This document shows positions 1 to 9,515 of a stretch of DNA of 64,000 nt, piece after piece (position 1 is the first letter of the stretch; every line of letters starts with the position of its first letter). Made by a program: the position numbers and the translations under genes. Source of the DNA: Candidatus Thorarchaeota archaeon (GTDB lineage: Archaea; Asgardarchaeota; Thorarchaeia; Thorarchaeales; Thorarchaeaceae); assembly GCA_016933575.1 (NCBI GenBank), contig JAFGAR010000025.1, forward strand, positions 1-64,000, given 5' to 3'. Below the pieces are notes generated by a model, which was given only the letters and a program-made list of their open reading frames with translations, did no database searches and was not told the DNA's origin.

Positions 1-62
1 GCTCTGACCTCACAGAGTCCACCCAGTGCCGTTCCCTGGGGGTACAACACTCTGGTGTCCAA
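1..62 (-). CDS. 5' end of a gene running off the window (MDTRVLYPQGTALGGLCEVR...)
   Basis: Open frame from TTG at 62 to the window edge, preceded by SD-like AGGTG; same strand as 118..942. Confidence 0.45.
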   Translation of the reverse strand, partial: MDTRVLYPQGTALGGLCEVR

Positions 63-117
63 GATCGTACACCTTACAATGAACGGTTCAATGACTCAGA
101 AAACCTGCTCCAATCTT

Positions 118-942
118 TCAACCATGATAGATGCGCATAGCTCGTTTCATGGTTTCTTCATCAGCTGGAAATACAATAGGGATAGCAGCATAAGATGCTT
201 GACAAGGATTCCCTTTGGCAAAATGACAGATGACTTTCGGTCTGCCAGTCTCTTGACCATGGTCTATCTCAATGACGTAACTCATGACAGTCGTATTCAT
301 ATCATTTCCTTGAGGATGCCTGCATAGACTAGAACTTCCCTTTCCATCTCCATGATCTTTCAATAAGGCAAATACATCATTTACTGATTCAACCTTTCTA
401 ATCAGTTCATAGCCTCTCTCAACGCGTTTTACAGATTCACCATAGCCTGCATTCTCTTGTTGAAGTGTTGTTTCGGTATCTAACATGATATGATGACTTG
501 TTCGTAGAACTCGTCTCTCAGAGCGTTCTATTGAATGGTCATTGCCTGCAATCTCAATAGCTAACAAACTGTCATTATCTGCAAGGACAATATTGCCCCA
601 TTGATACATTCTTCCCATTTTGAGTTGATCTACTGTCATGCTCAAGCTATCTTCTGCATCCTTAGCGAACATGAGCAGCTGTTCAGTAAGCATATGATAT
701 GATGGATGAGAGGTAGTTCTCACATGAGTGTTTGCGATTGCTAGACCGTGTCTATTGACGCCAATAGAAAGTCCTTCAACTGCACCTGTAATTTTGTCAA
801 CGCCTCTGATACCAAAGCAGTCAACATCGTAGAATAGCTCATCCCGATGGTCACTGGTTGTCATATCTCTATTCTTGAATAGAAGAGTCTTGTTCAACTT
901 GGGTAGGATTACTGCACCTGCAAAGTTTGGCATGAGGTTCAC
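118..942 (-). CDS. Ntn-hydrolase fold protein, peptidase C45/C69-like (probable start ATG 933)
   Basis: LLFKNRD, GVNRHGLAIAN, LCRH and C-terminal GNPC motifs; N-terminal Cys absent. Confidence 0.65.
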   Translation of the reverse strand: MNLMPNFAGAVILPKLNKTLLFKNRDMTTSDHRDELFYDVDCFGIRGVDKITGAVEGLSIGVNRHGLAIANTHVRTTSHPSYHMLTEQLLMFAKDAEDSLSMTVDQLKMGRMYQWGNIVLADNDSLLAIEIAGNDHSIERSERRVLRTSHHIMLDTETTLQQENAGYGESVKRVERGYELIRKVESVNDVFALLKDHGDGKGSSSLCRHPQGNDMNTTVMSYVIEIDHGQETGRPKVICHFAKGNPCQASYAAIPIVFPADEETMKRAMRIYHG

Positions 943-1028
943 ACAGCGAAAACTTGCTCCCCTGCGTACAATTTAAGTTCTTGTTGTAGATTCTCCAGTA
1001 ATCCTAATCGCGTAAAAGTCTGAATAGT

Positions 1029-1832
1029 GTGATGTTCATTTTGATTGATCAAGAATTCATCAGCAGAGGTCTTTCCACTACAAATCTCGTTCCAAAAATT
1101 GTAGCCTACGAAACTCTAGACTCTACAAATGAGGAGGCTAAGCGTTGTATCTCATCTGGAGAATGTGAGAATCTTCTGATAATCGCAGAAAGTCAGACAA
1201 AAGGTCGGGGTAGATACGATAGACAGTGGATTTCACCTGAGGGTGGTCTATATTTTTCACTTGTTCTTAGACCTCATTTCGGGCTAGAATCGGCACCTCT
1301 GTATAACATGCTATGTGCCTGTGCAGTAACCACAGCCATCCAGTCTTTCGGTATTAACGCACATGTAAAATGGCCAAATGATATCTTAATCTTCGAGGAT
1401 AAGGTTGCGGGGATTTTGAGTGAACTTCTCACTGAAGATCCTGAAGATATTCTACTTGTTCTTGGTGTTGGTGTTAACCTGAATACTACACGCACCGATT
1501 TTCCAGAGAATCTTCGTGATCATCTCACAACCCTCGCAGATCACCTAAACAAACAAATTCCTCGAGAAGAATTACTTGTGAAAATCATCAAGTCCATAGA
1601 CCAATGGCTTACTGCAATCGATGTAGAGAAATCATTCTCATCAGTCCTTAAGGATTGGAAAAAAAAGAGTGCAACCCTTGGCAATAAGGTTCGAATCATT
1701 GATGGAGCAAAATCAGTCATTGGTATTGCTAGAGATATTTTAGATGATGGTTCATTGGTCCTCTCAGTGGAGGGGGAGGCGGATGATATCATATTCCGAG
1801 CAGGTGATGTAACTCACCTTCGCCAAGACTGA
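1029..1832 (+). CDS. birA: Biotin--protein ligase (class I, no HTH)
   Basis: LDSTN, AESQTKGRGRYDRQW, KWPND, KVAGIL, GVGVN motifs. Confidence 0.95.
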   Translation: MMFILIDQEFISRGLSTTNLVPKIVAYETLDSTNEEAKRCISSGECENLLIIAESQTKGRGRYDRQWISPEGGLYFSLVLRPHFGLESAPLYNMLCACAVTTAIQSFGINAHVKWPNDILIFEDKVAGILSELLTEDPEDILLVLGVGVNLNTTRTDFPENLRDHLTTLADHLNKQIPREELLVKIIKSIDQWLTAIDVEKSFSSVLKDWKKKSATLGNKVRIIDGAKSVIGIARDILDDGSLVLSVEGEADDIIFRAGDVTHLRQD

Positions 1833-1847
1833 AACTAATTTATTGTC

Positions 1848-2699
1848 TTGTATCTTCTGATATCTATGGACTTCTTAGTTCTGACTGATATTCATGATGA
1901 ATGGACACATTTCGAGGAGATGTTTCGATTAACTTCTCGTATGGATGGAGCCATCTTTCTAGGGGATCTAATGCAATTTGGCGAAGTCTCATCAGAGAGT
2001 CTTCATAATTTCAAAAAGATTAGAGAAACTGCACGATGGATGATTGCAGTTCCCGGAAATGGTCCTCTGCCAGAAGTTATTCAATATCTTACAAATCTAG
2101 GAATCAATATTCATGGTTCTTCAGAGCAGTATGAAGATATTGGTTTCTTCGGTGTTGGTGGAGTATCTGATCCTGTTACTCTTATACTTGAATTACGGGA
2201 TTATTTCAAAAATGAGCAGCCCAAGGTCATCGACCTTCACCCCAAGTCCATAGAAACATTGAAGGTCTTTGGAGTCCTTATTGAAGACGAGTCATTTGTG
2301 GTGGAAGATTGGAGTGAAAATGAGGTAAGAGGTCTTGATAGATATCACAGTCCCTTCGAACACACAGAAGACGAAATCTACCAATTCCTGTCAATGGCGT
2401 ATGAACCAATTCGTGAATTCCCATATCGTGTACTGATATCTCATGTGCCTCCATACGAATTTGGTATGAACTCAGAGCTGCCAGAAGGTATCTCTACAGG
2501 AAGTAAAGCCATTACCAGGTTCATTGAAGAAAAGAAACCATCCATCGTTCTCTCTGGTCATTATCACAGATATCATGAGTTTACCATTAATGATGTCCTC
2601 TGTATAGTAGTGCCTGCTGTAAAGGATGGATACTATTCAATTCTGCATTTTGATTCGGACTCGGGTAGATTTTCTATTTCTACTCAGAAATTTGCATGA
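1848..2699 (+). CDS. Calcineurin-like metallophosphoesterase (probable start ATG 1866)
   Basis: TDIH, LGDL, PGN, SHVPP, SGHYH motifs. Confidence 0.85.
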   Translation: MYLLISMDFLVLTDIHDEWTHFEEMFRLTSRMDGAIFLGDLMQFGEVSSESLHNFKKIRETARWMIAVPGNGPLPEVIQYLTNLGINIHGSSEQYEDIGFFGVGGVSDPVTLILELRDYFKNEQPKVIDLHPKSIETLKVFGVLIEDESFVVEDWSENEVRGLDRYHSPFEHTEDEIYQFLSMAYEPIREFPYRVLISHVPPYEFGMNSELPEGISTGSKAITRFIEEKKPSIVLSGHYHRYHEFTINDVLCIVVPAVKDGYYSILHFDSDSGRFSISTQKFA

Positions 2700-2702
2700 C
2701 CT

Positions 2703-3626
2703 GTGCAACTTAAGAGCGAAGTCAGGTTAGGAATTTTGTGGATAGTGAAATCTTCTATGAAACCTGCTGTAGTCCAAGTCGCACCTGATGAATTGAAACA
2801 GATTGAAAAACTGATTCTTCGAAATCGCGATACCATCTCTGAGGAAGTAAAAGGTAAGTATGAATCCTTCAGAATCAGAATTACTGGAGAAACAGTTGTT
2901 GCTTATACGAGTGGGAAGATAGTCAGTAGTGGTCCACAATCAGATGCAGTTGTTCAACAGGTCGTTCGCAATCTATTAGGTTCAATAGAAGAACAGGATG
3001 TAGACATTACCATTGGTTCGGATGAAGCTGGAAAAGGTGAATGGCTTGGTCCTCTTGTTGTTGCAGCGGTCGCCCTAACACCCAAGCAATCTCGCATACT
3101 TCAAAGTCTTGGAGTCATGGATAGTAAGGAAATTCCCATAACAAGAATGGCTGAAATAGCTCTTAGCATACGACAGAATTGTCAAAGTGAGAAAAAAATC
3201 CTGATTGCACCAGAGACCTTCAACAAACGATTCGACGAACTTCAATCTGAAGGAAAGAATCTGAATGATCTGTTAGCATGGGCTCATGCAAAAGTGATCT
3301 CAGAGATTTATGGTGGAATTCCTTCTTCTAAAAAACTGAAAGTTGTAATCGATGAGTTTGCTCGGGAGAAAACAAGGCAGAGACTAGAGCGGTCAATTCC
3401 CCTTGAAGATATCGAATTGATACAACGACCTCGAGCGGAGGATGATATCTCAGTTGCCGCCGCAAGTATATTGGCTCGTGAGTCCAGAGAAGACTGGATT
3501 GATCGTTATTCAGATAGACTTGGAATCGACCTCAGGGAGTTGAGTCCATACGAGGCAATCAATCGTTCTGACCACCATTCATTCTCTAAGATACAATACC
3601 TGAAAACGTTGACAAAACAGAAGTAG
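2703..3626 (+). CDS. rnhC: Ribonuclease HIII (TBP-like N-domain plus RNase H2/H3 catalytic domain)
   Basis: N-terminal VVAYTSGKIV TBP-like segment; IGSDEAGKGEWLGP, DSK, IDEF, VAAASILARE. Confidence 0.85.
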   Translation: MQLKSEVRLGILWIVKSSMKPAVVQVAPDELKQIEKLILRNRDTISEEVKGKYESFRIRITGETVVAYTSGKIVSSGPQSDAVVQQVVRNLLGSIEEQDVDITIGSDEAGKGEWLGPLVVAAVALTPKQSRILQSLGVMDSKEIPITRMAEIALSIRQNCQSEKKILIAPETFNKRFDELQSEGKNLNDLLAWAHAKVISEIYGGIPSSKKLKVVIDEFAREKTRQRLERSIPLEDIELIQRPRAEDDISVAAASILARESREDWIDRYSDRLGIDLRELSPYEAINRSDHHSFSKIQYLKTLTKQK

Positions 3627-3680
3627 GTATCACTTGTATCATCCACAAACAATATAAATGTATTAACTATAGTTATTTCA

Positions 3681-3929
3681 ATGATTCTAGTGTATGCACT
3701 TATTGGCGCCGCAGTTCTATCAGTCCTTTTAATGGGCTATGGTCGTCTAGTTGGTTCTAGAAACTCTGATTCACGAGTATCCAAAAGAAGAACATACCCT
3801 GATATGTGGCTTGAGTCCTTGTTGGATTGTGAATATTCTCCAACAAAACAATCGTATGGTCCAGCTCGAATTCTTCCTGTGACGAAGGTGAAGTTAATGC
3901 CCACGTCAAGAGGCTGTGAGAATTGCTGA
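3681..3929 (+). CDS. Small membrane-anchored hypothetical protein
   Basis: N-terminal hydrophobic helix; AT-rich TATA-like region upstream. Confidence 0.55.
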   Translation: MILVYALIGAAVLSVLLMGYGRLVGSRNSDSRVSKRRTYPDMWLESLLDCEYSPTKQSYGPARILPVTKVKLMPTSRGCENC

Positions 3930-3943
3930 TTTAGTAGAAACCT

Positions 3944-4204
3944 CTACCTTCCTTTTAACGTCCTCTTTCTTCTTGTTCTCTCCCATCTCTCTTTGATATG
4001 GTGGGCTTGATGTTCCTTTTTTGATTTGAAAACTCTCAAATTACCAAATCTATTATCCGTTCGAACTCTATTATTGTGATGAACAATTTCTCCTGGATTG
4101 AGAGATCTTCCTAGCTTTTTCTGCGCAGCCCACCTATGCACTAGTTTTCCTGAATCAATAAAACGTAGATATCCATGTGCATCTCTATAGGTCTTGCTTC
4201 CCAT
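3944..4204 (-). CDS. Small stand-alone HNH endonuclease (HNH_3-like)
   Basis: GYLR...VHRWAAQKKLGRSL...VHHNN...DNRFGNL pattern. Confidence 0.8.
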   Translation of the reverse strand: MGSKTYRDAHGYLRFIDSGKLVHRWAAQKKLGRSLNPGEIVHHNNRVRTDNRFGNLRVFKSKKEHQAHHIKERWERTRRKRTLKGR

Positions 4205-4408
4205 ATGTCATTCTTCGACCTAGCCACCTATAATTCCTTCCCAGTAAGAATTCTTGATTCACTCTCTGTCTACGTATTTTCATCTGATTAGATTGAATAT
4301 TCAATTAGTGGAAAACTATATACATTGATGGGAAATAATCAATATCGTAACGTGTCTAGGAGTATAGTGTAATAGTTCGTCACTATTCTCTATATTCAAT
4401 CCCTATCA

Positions 4409-5983
4409 TTGAAACTGAGTTTCTTGAGGTCAAATAAAATGAAAGTGATTCCACAGCTTATCTTGGCGGCTCTGATTTTTTCATCGCTGACTGCAATTGG
4501 GTTCCTGCCAATTGAAAGTCCTGTCATGAATGTAACCATTGAAGAACAAACTCAAAGAGCAGTGTATTCTCTTACACCTCACGGTGCAATATCTATCAAT
4601 AGTAACTATAATTTCAATCAGACTGCAATAAATGAGGGTTGGGATGGAAATGGATCCGAATCTGATCCATTCATCATTGAGGGATATTTGTTCACAAATG
4701 ATGGCAGTTGCATCTCAATACATAGCACAACAGTATATTTCATAATCAGAGACTGCGAGTTCACCACTGCTGGTGGCACTGACAACCAATATGCATTGAA
4801 TATCGTAAATGTTCTCCATGGAACATTGAATTCGAGTTTTATTCATGATAAGGTTGGCGGAATCTTTCTTGATTATAGCTATGGATTTAGGTTAATCAAC
4901 ACAAACATATCAAACATTGCATTGAATGGAGTTGATCTTCATTGTTCAGATGGTGCTCTTCTGGAGAACAATACCTTCACAAAAACTGGTGTGATGATTA
5001 CAGGCTATGTAGCTTCTGGCTGGCACCACACTTTTACAAATAATCTAGTAAATGGAAAGCCATTGGGATATTTCAGATCTAGTAACAACATCTACATAGA
5101 TGGAAGTCTATACGGCCAAATTATACTGGCGGAATGCACCAATTGTCACGTTTCTGATGCTCTAATTGCTAATGCATCTGTAGGAATTGCATTGGGTCAT
5201 AGTACTTCCTGCAGTGTTGAATTGAGTAATGTGTCTTGGAACAAATTTGGAATTTTGATAAGTAAATGTGATGATATTGATGTAGTCAACAATACCTCCG
5301 GACCATTCAATGAATACGGTATTCATTTGAATGATTCAAGTAATTGTTTCATAGGTGGAAATGAGATATTCAACAATTCTCAGAATGGTTTTGATGCAGT
5401 AGCTGGGACGAATAATGTAGTTGAATACAATACTGTTTACGGAAATGCATTCTGTGGTATTGTCAATTGGGAAGGCTCCGCTATGACGATCGACCATAAT
5501 ACCGTATATGATAATGGCGATGGTATCGCTGTTTATTCATCACCTGATTCTGTAATAACACACAACACTGTTCAAAATAACACTGGTGTGGGTATCACTG
5601 TTGGTTGGGGATCCACGGATTGTAGTGTCCACTATAACTGGATTGGATGGAATGCCGGTGGAAACGCTCTAGATGATGGCTCATCCAATCTGTGGGATGA
5701 TGATTTGAATGTAGGGAATTATTGGGAAGATTATCTAGGAACCGGGACCTATCTGATACCTGGCGGAGCTGGTAGCATTGACCGTTATCCCTTCTCAATT
5801 TATGGTGACCCAACAACACCAATAACCACTACCCCTACTACCACTACCACAACGACAACTAATACTACCACAACCTCTGTCAGCACTGGAATTGTCATTG
5901 ATCCCCTACTCTTAGCAATTGGAGGTAGTGCAACTCTCATTGTAGTCTTAGTTCTTGGATTCGTGTTGGGGCGAAAGCATTAG
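4409..5983 (+). CDS. NosD/CASH parallel beta-helix surface protein with Thr-rich stalk and C-terminal TM anchor
   Basis: Signal peptide, GWDGNGSESDPF, repeated N..N..GI turns, NLWDD..GNYWEDY, poly-Thr, terminal TM. Confidence 0.85.
   Translation: MKLSFLRSNKMKVIPQLILAALIFSSLTAIGFLPIESPVMNVTIEEQTQRAVYSLTPHGAISINSNYNFNQTAINEGWDGNGSESDPFIIEGYLFTNDGSCISIHSTTVYFIIRDCEFTTAGGTDNQYALNIVNVLHGTLNSSFIHDKVGGIFLDYSYGFRLINTNISNIALNGVDLHCSDGALLENNTFTKTGVMITGYVASGWHHTFTNNLVNGKPLGYFRSSNNIYIDGSLYGQIILAECTNCHVSDALIANASVGIALGHSTSCSVELSNVSWNKFGILISKCDDIDVVNNTSGPFNEYGIHLNDSSNCFIGGNEIFNNSQNGFDAVAGTNNVVEYNTVYGNAFCGIVNWEGSAMTIDHNTVYDNGDGIAVYSSPDSVITHNTVQNNTGVGITVGWGSTDCSVHYNWIGWNAGGNALDDGSSNLWDDDLNVGNYWEDYLGTGTYLIPGGAGSIDRYPFSIYGDPTTPITTTPTTTTTTTTNTTTTSVSTGIVIDPLLLAIGGSATLIVVLVLGFVLGRKH
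5812..5877 (+). repeat. Low-complexity ACN-codon tract encoding the Thr-rich linker
   Basis: acaacaccaataaccactacccctactaccactaccacaacgacaact... Confidence 0.8.
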
Positions 5984-6133
5984 TACTGAATGATTTACTT
6001 ATCTCACAGATGCCCGTTTGGGTCGAGAGGGCAACTTCCCGCTCTTTCGCAATTGATATAGGGAGTAGTTTATACATCTACATGTATACAAATCATTACA
6101 CCAGTTTCCAAGCTCACTGGGTGTGAACGATTC

Positions 6134-6274
6134 ATGGTCGAAGTGTGTCCACACTGCGGGGGGAAACTTATCGAGAAGCATGAGGAAGTACAGGAAGTCA
6201 GGCGTGAGGAAATCGTCTTTATCTTCTACCGCTGTGTAAGTTGTGGAAAGTGGACAAAGAAGGAAAAGACTTAG
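6134..6274 (+). CDS. 46-aa zinc-ribbon microprotein (CPHC...CVSC), not in ORF track
   Basis: MVEVCPHCGGKLIEKHEEVQEVRREEIVFIFYRCVSCGKWTKKEKT*; SD GGTGTGA upstream of ATG 6134. Confidence 0.75.
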   Translation: MVEVCPHCGGKLIEKHEEVQEVRREEIVFIFYRCVSCGKWTKKEKT

Positions 6275-6290
6275 CCATCATCGATTAAGA

Positions 6291-6578
6291 TTAAACACCA
6301 GTGTTCATACTACGTATTTTTTGAATAATCTTCTTCACATCAGGATTTGCAATTCTATACAATTTACGTGTTCCATCTTTTCTCACTTTCAATACACCTG
6401 CTCTTACCATCTGTGTAAGATATGCTGAAACTGTTGATTGTGCTAAGCCAAATTTTGGAAAGATATCACATTGACATTGTTCTCCATCAAATAGAAAGTC
6501 TGCTATCTGTAAGCGTACTGGATTAGCCAATGCCCTATGGAACTCTGCCCGTCTTTCAATTTGTTTATCATCACTCAC
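6291..6578 (-). CDS. arsR: ArsR/SmtB metalloregulator (start trimmed to GTG 6578; the track start at 6674 overlaps acr3)
   Basis: ALANPVRLQI, GEQCQCDI metal site, AQSTVSAYL HTH, RKDG..LY; directly downstream of acr3. Confidence 0.9.
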   Translation of the reverse strand: MSDDKQIERRAEFHRALANPVRLQIADFLFDGEQCQCDIFPKFGLAQSTVSAYLTQMVRAGVLKVRKDGTRKLYRIANPDVKKIIQKIRSMNTGV

Positions 6579-6592
6579 GATTATCACTTCTA

Positions 6593-7675
6593 TTAGGGCT
6601 CCCCTATCCAGAAGTCTTTCTTTCGCAAATACTTTGCGAGGTAGACAAGTCCTAGCATTATTGGAACCTCCCAAAAGAGACCCATGGTTGTTCCAAGAGC
6701 TGCGACTGATCCGACTCCATATATTGATACAGCCGTTGCGATGGCTATTTCGAAGTGGCTCGATGATCCTATGATGATAGTAATGGAAGCTTCTGGATAA
6801 GCTAGTTTTGCTAGACGTGTGATGAGAATGTTGTAACCCACGACTATCATGAAACCAAGAAGAAGGGGAATGGATACCAGTACGAGTAAATCTGGGTGCT
6901 CAAGCATGACCATTCCGTTAAGCGAGAAAAGAACAATCAGAGTGGTCAATAATGCTATCAGTGCAAGATTACCCACAGCAGGTCGATACTTGTTCTGGAA
7001 CCAATCGAGTCCTTTCTTATTCACCAATACTCTTCTTGATACCAATCCCAGTAGTAGCGGTACGCCAATGAAGATCAACACTGAAACAACTAGTAACACC
7101 CGATCAATTGGTATGTTCGAAATCCCTGTGAATAGTGCAACAAGAGGGGCATAGAGTACAAGGATGGTTGCTGTGTTCAAAGTTGTGTTAATCACATTTT
7201 GTTCTTGATTTCCTCCTGCAAGATATCCCCAAACAAGGACCATTGCCGTGCAAGGGCTCGATGACAAGAGAATCACTGCAACTATAAGTTGTTCATTACC
7301 AGGAAGGAAAGTCTGTGCAAGCATGAATCCTATGATAGGTGATATGATCCAATTCGATATTAATGTAAGAATGATTGGCTTTGGATTTCTACCCAGTTTC
7401 TTAAGCTCCGTAGCCTGAATATTCAGCATGGCTGGATACATCATTAGAAAAAGGCAAATACCAATTGGAATAGAAATACCTGAAATCTGCCAGGAGTTTA
7501 TTGTTTCTCCAATCCCTGGGACCAATTGAGATAGCAGGATGCCGACGAGCATGCAGATACCAATCCACAGTGGCAAGTATCTCTCGAAGTTATTCAATCT
7601 CTTGACTTTATTTTCACTATTTGTTGAAAACTGATTATTTGCAGCGGTTTCTGAGTCTACACTCTTCTTTGTCAT
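6593..7675 (-). CDS. acr3: Acr3 arsenite efflux permease
   Basis: ERYLPLW, MMYP, PCTAMVLVW, HFEIAIATA, EVP motifs; about 10 TM. Confidence 0.95.
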   Translation of the reverse strand: MTKKSVDSETAANNQFSTNSENKVKRLNNFERYLPLWIGICMLVGILLSQLVPGIGETINSWQISGISIPIGICLFLMMYPAMLNIQATELKKLGRNPKPIILTLISNWIISPIIGFMLAQTFLPGNEQLIVAVILLSSSPCTAMVLVWGYLAGGNQEQNVINTTLNTATILVLYAPLVALFTGISNIPIDRVLLVVSVLIFIGVPLLLGLVSRRVLVNKKGLDWFQNKYRPAVGNLALIALLTTLIVLFSLNGMVMLEHPDLLVLVSIPLLLGFMIVVGYNILITRLAKLAYPEASITIIIGSSSHFEIAIATAVSIYGVGSVAALGTTMGLFWEVPIMLGLVYLAKYLRKKDFWIGEP

Positions 7676-7718
7676 TTACCTATCACTTGGTCTTTGCATT
7701 CTTTGAAAACCATCAATC

Positions 7719-7745
7719 ATCGAATAATTACGATATTTAAATAAT
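7719..7745 (-). promoter_or_regulatory. acr3-arsR promoter: TATA-like TTTAAATA next to an ATCG-N8-CGAT inverted repeat (putative ArsR operator)
   Basis: atcgaataattacgat at 7719-7734, adjacent to tatttaaa. Confidence 0.5.
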
Positions 7746-7935
7746 CCGTTTGATGATATGAGTACGCATTTTGAATACATTAGTATGCACTTCTGCTACA
7801 AGAGTACTGGTTGAACACGGTAATGATATATATCGGTTTCAAACGGGCTTGATTTGCCCTGAACCCTAAAAGATCATTCGAACCGATTCGTAGATTTCGT
7901 TACCAAATCTATGAATCTACAATCTCAACACAGTT

Positions 7936-9396
7936 GTGGAGAATACCCGGACGATGGTGACAACAGACTACAATGATAATGAGCTTCTCAAATCAACAAA
8001 GACATTTGAACAAGTCATCGATAATTCTCATGAAGGAATTGCGATTATCGGAAACAACTGCCATGTTGAATATGTAAATGATAGAATCTGTGATATACTT
8101 GGTAGAACTCATAAGGAAATAGTCAGCCACGACATTCGAGATTTTATCCACCAAGACCACTTCCCTGCACAAATAGATCGTTCTAGTAGTGAATTATGCA
8201 TTGATTCGCAACCTATGTCATTTGAGACCATTGTTATCCGCGAACCTGATGAGCAACGAGACGTGCGAATCAGCACCTGTCGTCCTAATAATGGCGAACG
8301 TAAGACGAAAATACTGGCACAGGTTCTGGATATAACCGAGGAGAAACGGGCTAAACATGCACTCTGTGAGTGCAAGATGTTGTATCAGACTTTAATTCAT
8401 ACAATGAATGAAGGGCTCGGAATCATAGATGACAAGGGTACAATTACCTTTACTAATGCCGCACTTTGCAGAATGCTTGGTTATTATGACGGAGAGCTTT
8501 CGGGTGCACAATCAACTGATATCTTCCATGGACTCTCCTTTGATTCCGTTTCTGATAAGATCAAAGAACGAGTAGCCGGGAAAAATGGGCGATATGAGAG
8601 CACAATGATCCACAAATCTGGAAGGCTAATTCCAACGATGATCTCAGCTTCTCCTCTGTTAGACCAAAATGGTGAGTATGAGGGAAGTTTTGCTGTCTTT
8701 ACAGACATCTCACATCAGAAGAAAGCTGAGAAGAGTGTACAAGCAACACGAGATAGAGCTGTTCTCTATCTTGATATCATGAGACATGACATTCGCAATC
8801 AACTTCAGAAGATTCAAGTGGAAGCTGAGCTTCTGTTAGATGCACAGGTAGACATTTCTGTTAAACATAGATTGGAGAGCATTCTACAGGCAGTTTCGGA
8901 ATCATCTGCGATTATTTCAGAGACCCGCGGCATAGAGAAACTTGCGTCACTCCCACTTCGAGAAAGAATGCTTGATGAGGTTCTTCACGAGTGTGTAATG
9001 CAAGCTATCATCCTTCTCGATGATGTTGACTTTCAATTATCAATTCATTTGGATGAAGCAAAAATACTAGCTGATGATTATCTCGAACAGCTAATCTCTG
9101 ACTTATTACACGAGACATGCCAACATAATCCCCACGAAAACAAACGACTCCACATGAACCTTGCAGAAACAGATACCAGCTACCTACTCAGTATCACTAG
9201 TAATGGACCATGCATGCCTGATAGTGTTAAGAAAAGCCTAATGGGTATTGGTCCAAGATCTGGCGGACTCTGTTTCCATCTTGTGCAACAAATAGTCTGC
9301 AAATATGGTTCAAAAATCGAAGTCAATGATGTTACATATGATGATGATACAGTTGGGAGTATCATTGTAGTAATTTTTCCAAAAGTACATCTTTGA
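7936..9396 (+). CDS. Two-PAS sensor histidine kinase-like protein with degenerate ATPase domain
   Basis: Two PAS/PAC domains, H-box MRHDIRNQL; N/G1/G2 boxes degenerate. Confidence 0.8.
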   Translation: MENTRTMVTTDYNDNELLKSTKTFEQVIDNSHEGIAIIGNNCHVEYVNDRICDILGRTHKEIVSHDIRDFIHQDHFPAQIDRSSSELCIDSQPMSFETIVIREPDEQRDVRISTCRPNNGERKTKILAQVLDITEEKRAKHALCECKMLYQTLIHTMNEGLGIIDDKGTITFTNAALCRMLGYYDGELSGAQSTDIFHGLSFDSVSDKIKERVAGKNGRYESTMIHKSGRLIPTMISASPLLDQNGEYEGSFAVFTDISHQKKAEKSVQATRDRAVLYLDIMRHDIRNQLQKIQVEAELLLDAQVDISVKHRLESILQAVSESSAIISETRGIEKLASLPLRERMLDEVLHECVMQAIILLDDVDFQLSIHLDEAKILADDYLEQLISDLLHETCQHNPHENKRLHMNLAETDTSYLLSITSNGPCMPDSVKKSLMGIGPRSGGLCFHLVQQIVCKYGSKIEVNDVTYDDDTVGSIIVVIFPKVHL

Positions 9397-9515
9397 CGCA
9401 CTATGAACAATGTGAATCATGTATATTCTAATACCTTGAAAATATATGAATAAACAGAACATTCAAAACTGAGAGAACTGATGCAAGCAGCAGAACCATA
9501 GGAGCATCCCCGGAC

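Noticed and set aside
1-100. GC-richer start of the window as SRP or RNase P RNA
   Set aside because: No conserved signature; better explained as a minus-strand CDS start with SD
5812-5877. Short-period repeat as CRISPR or VNTR
   Set aside because: Degenerate Thr codons of a protein linker; no repeat-spacer structure anywhere in the window
6579-6674. N-terminal extension of ArsR in the ORF track
   Set aside because: Overlaps the acr3 3' end; SD-preceded GTG at 6578 gives a normal-size ArsR
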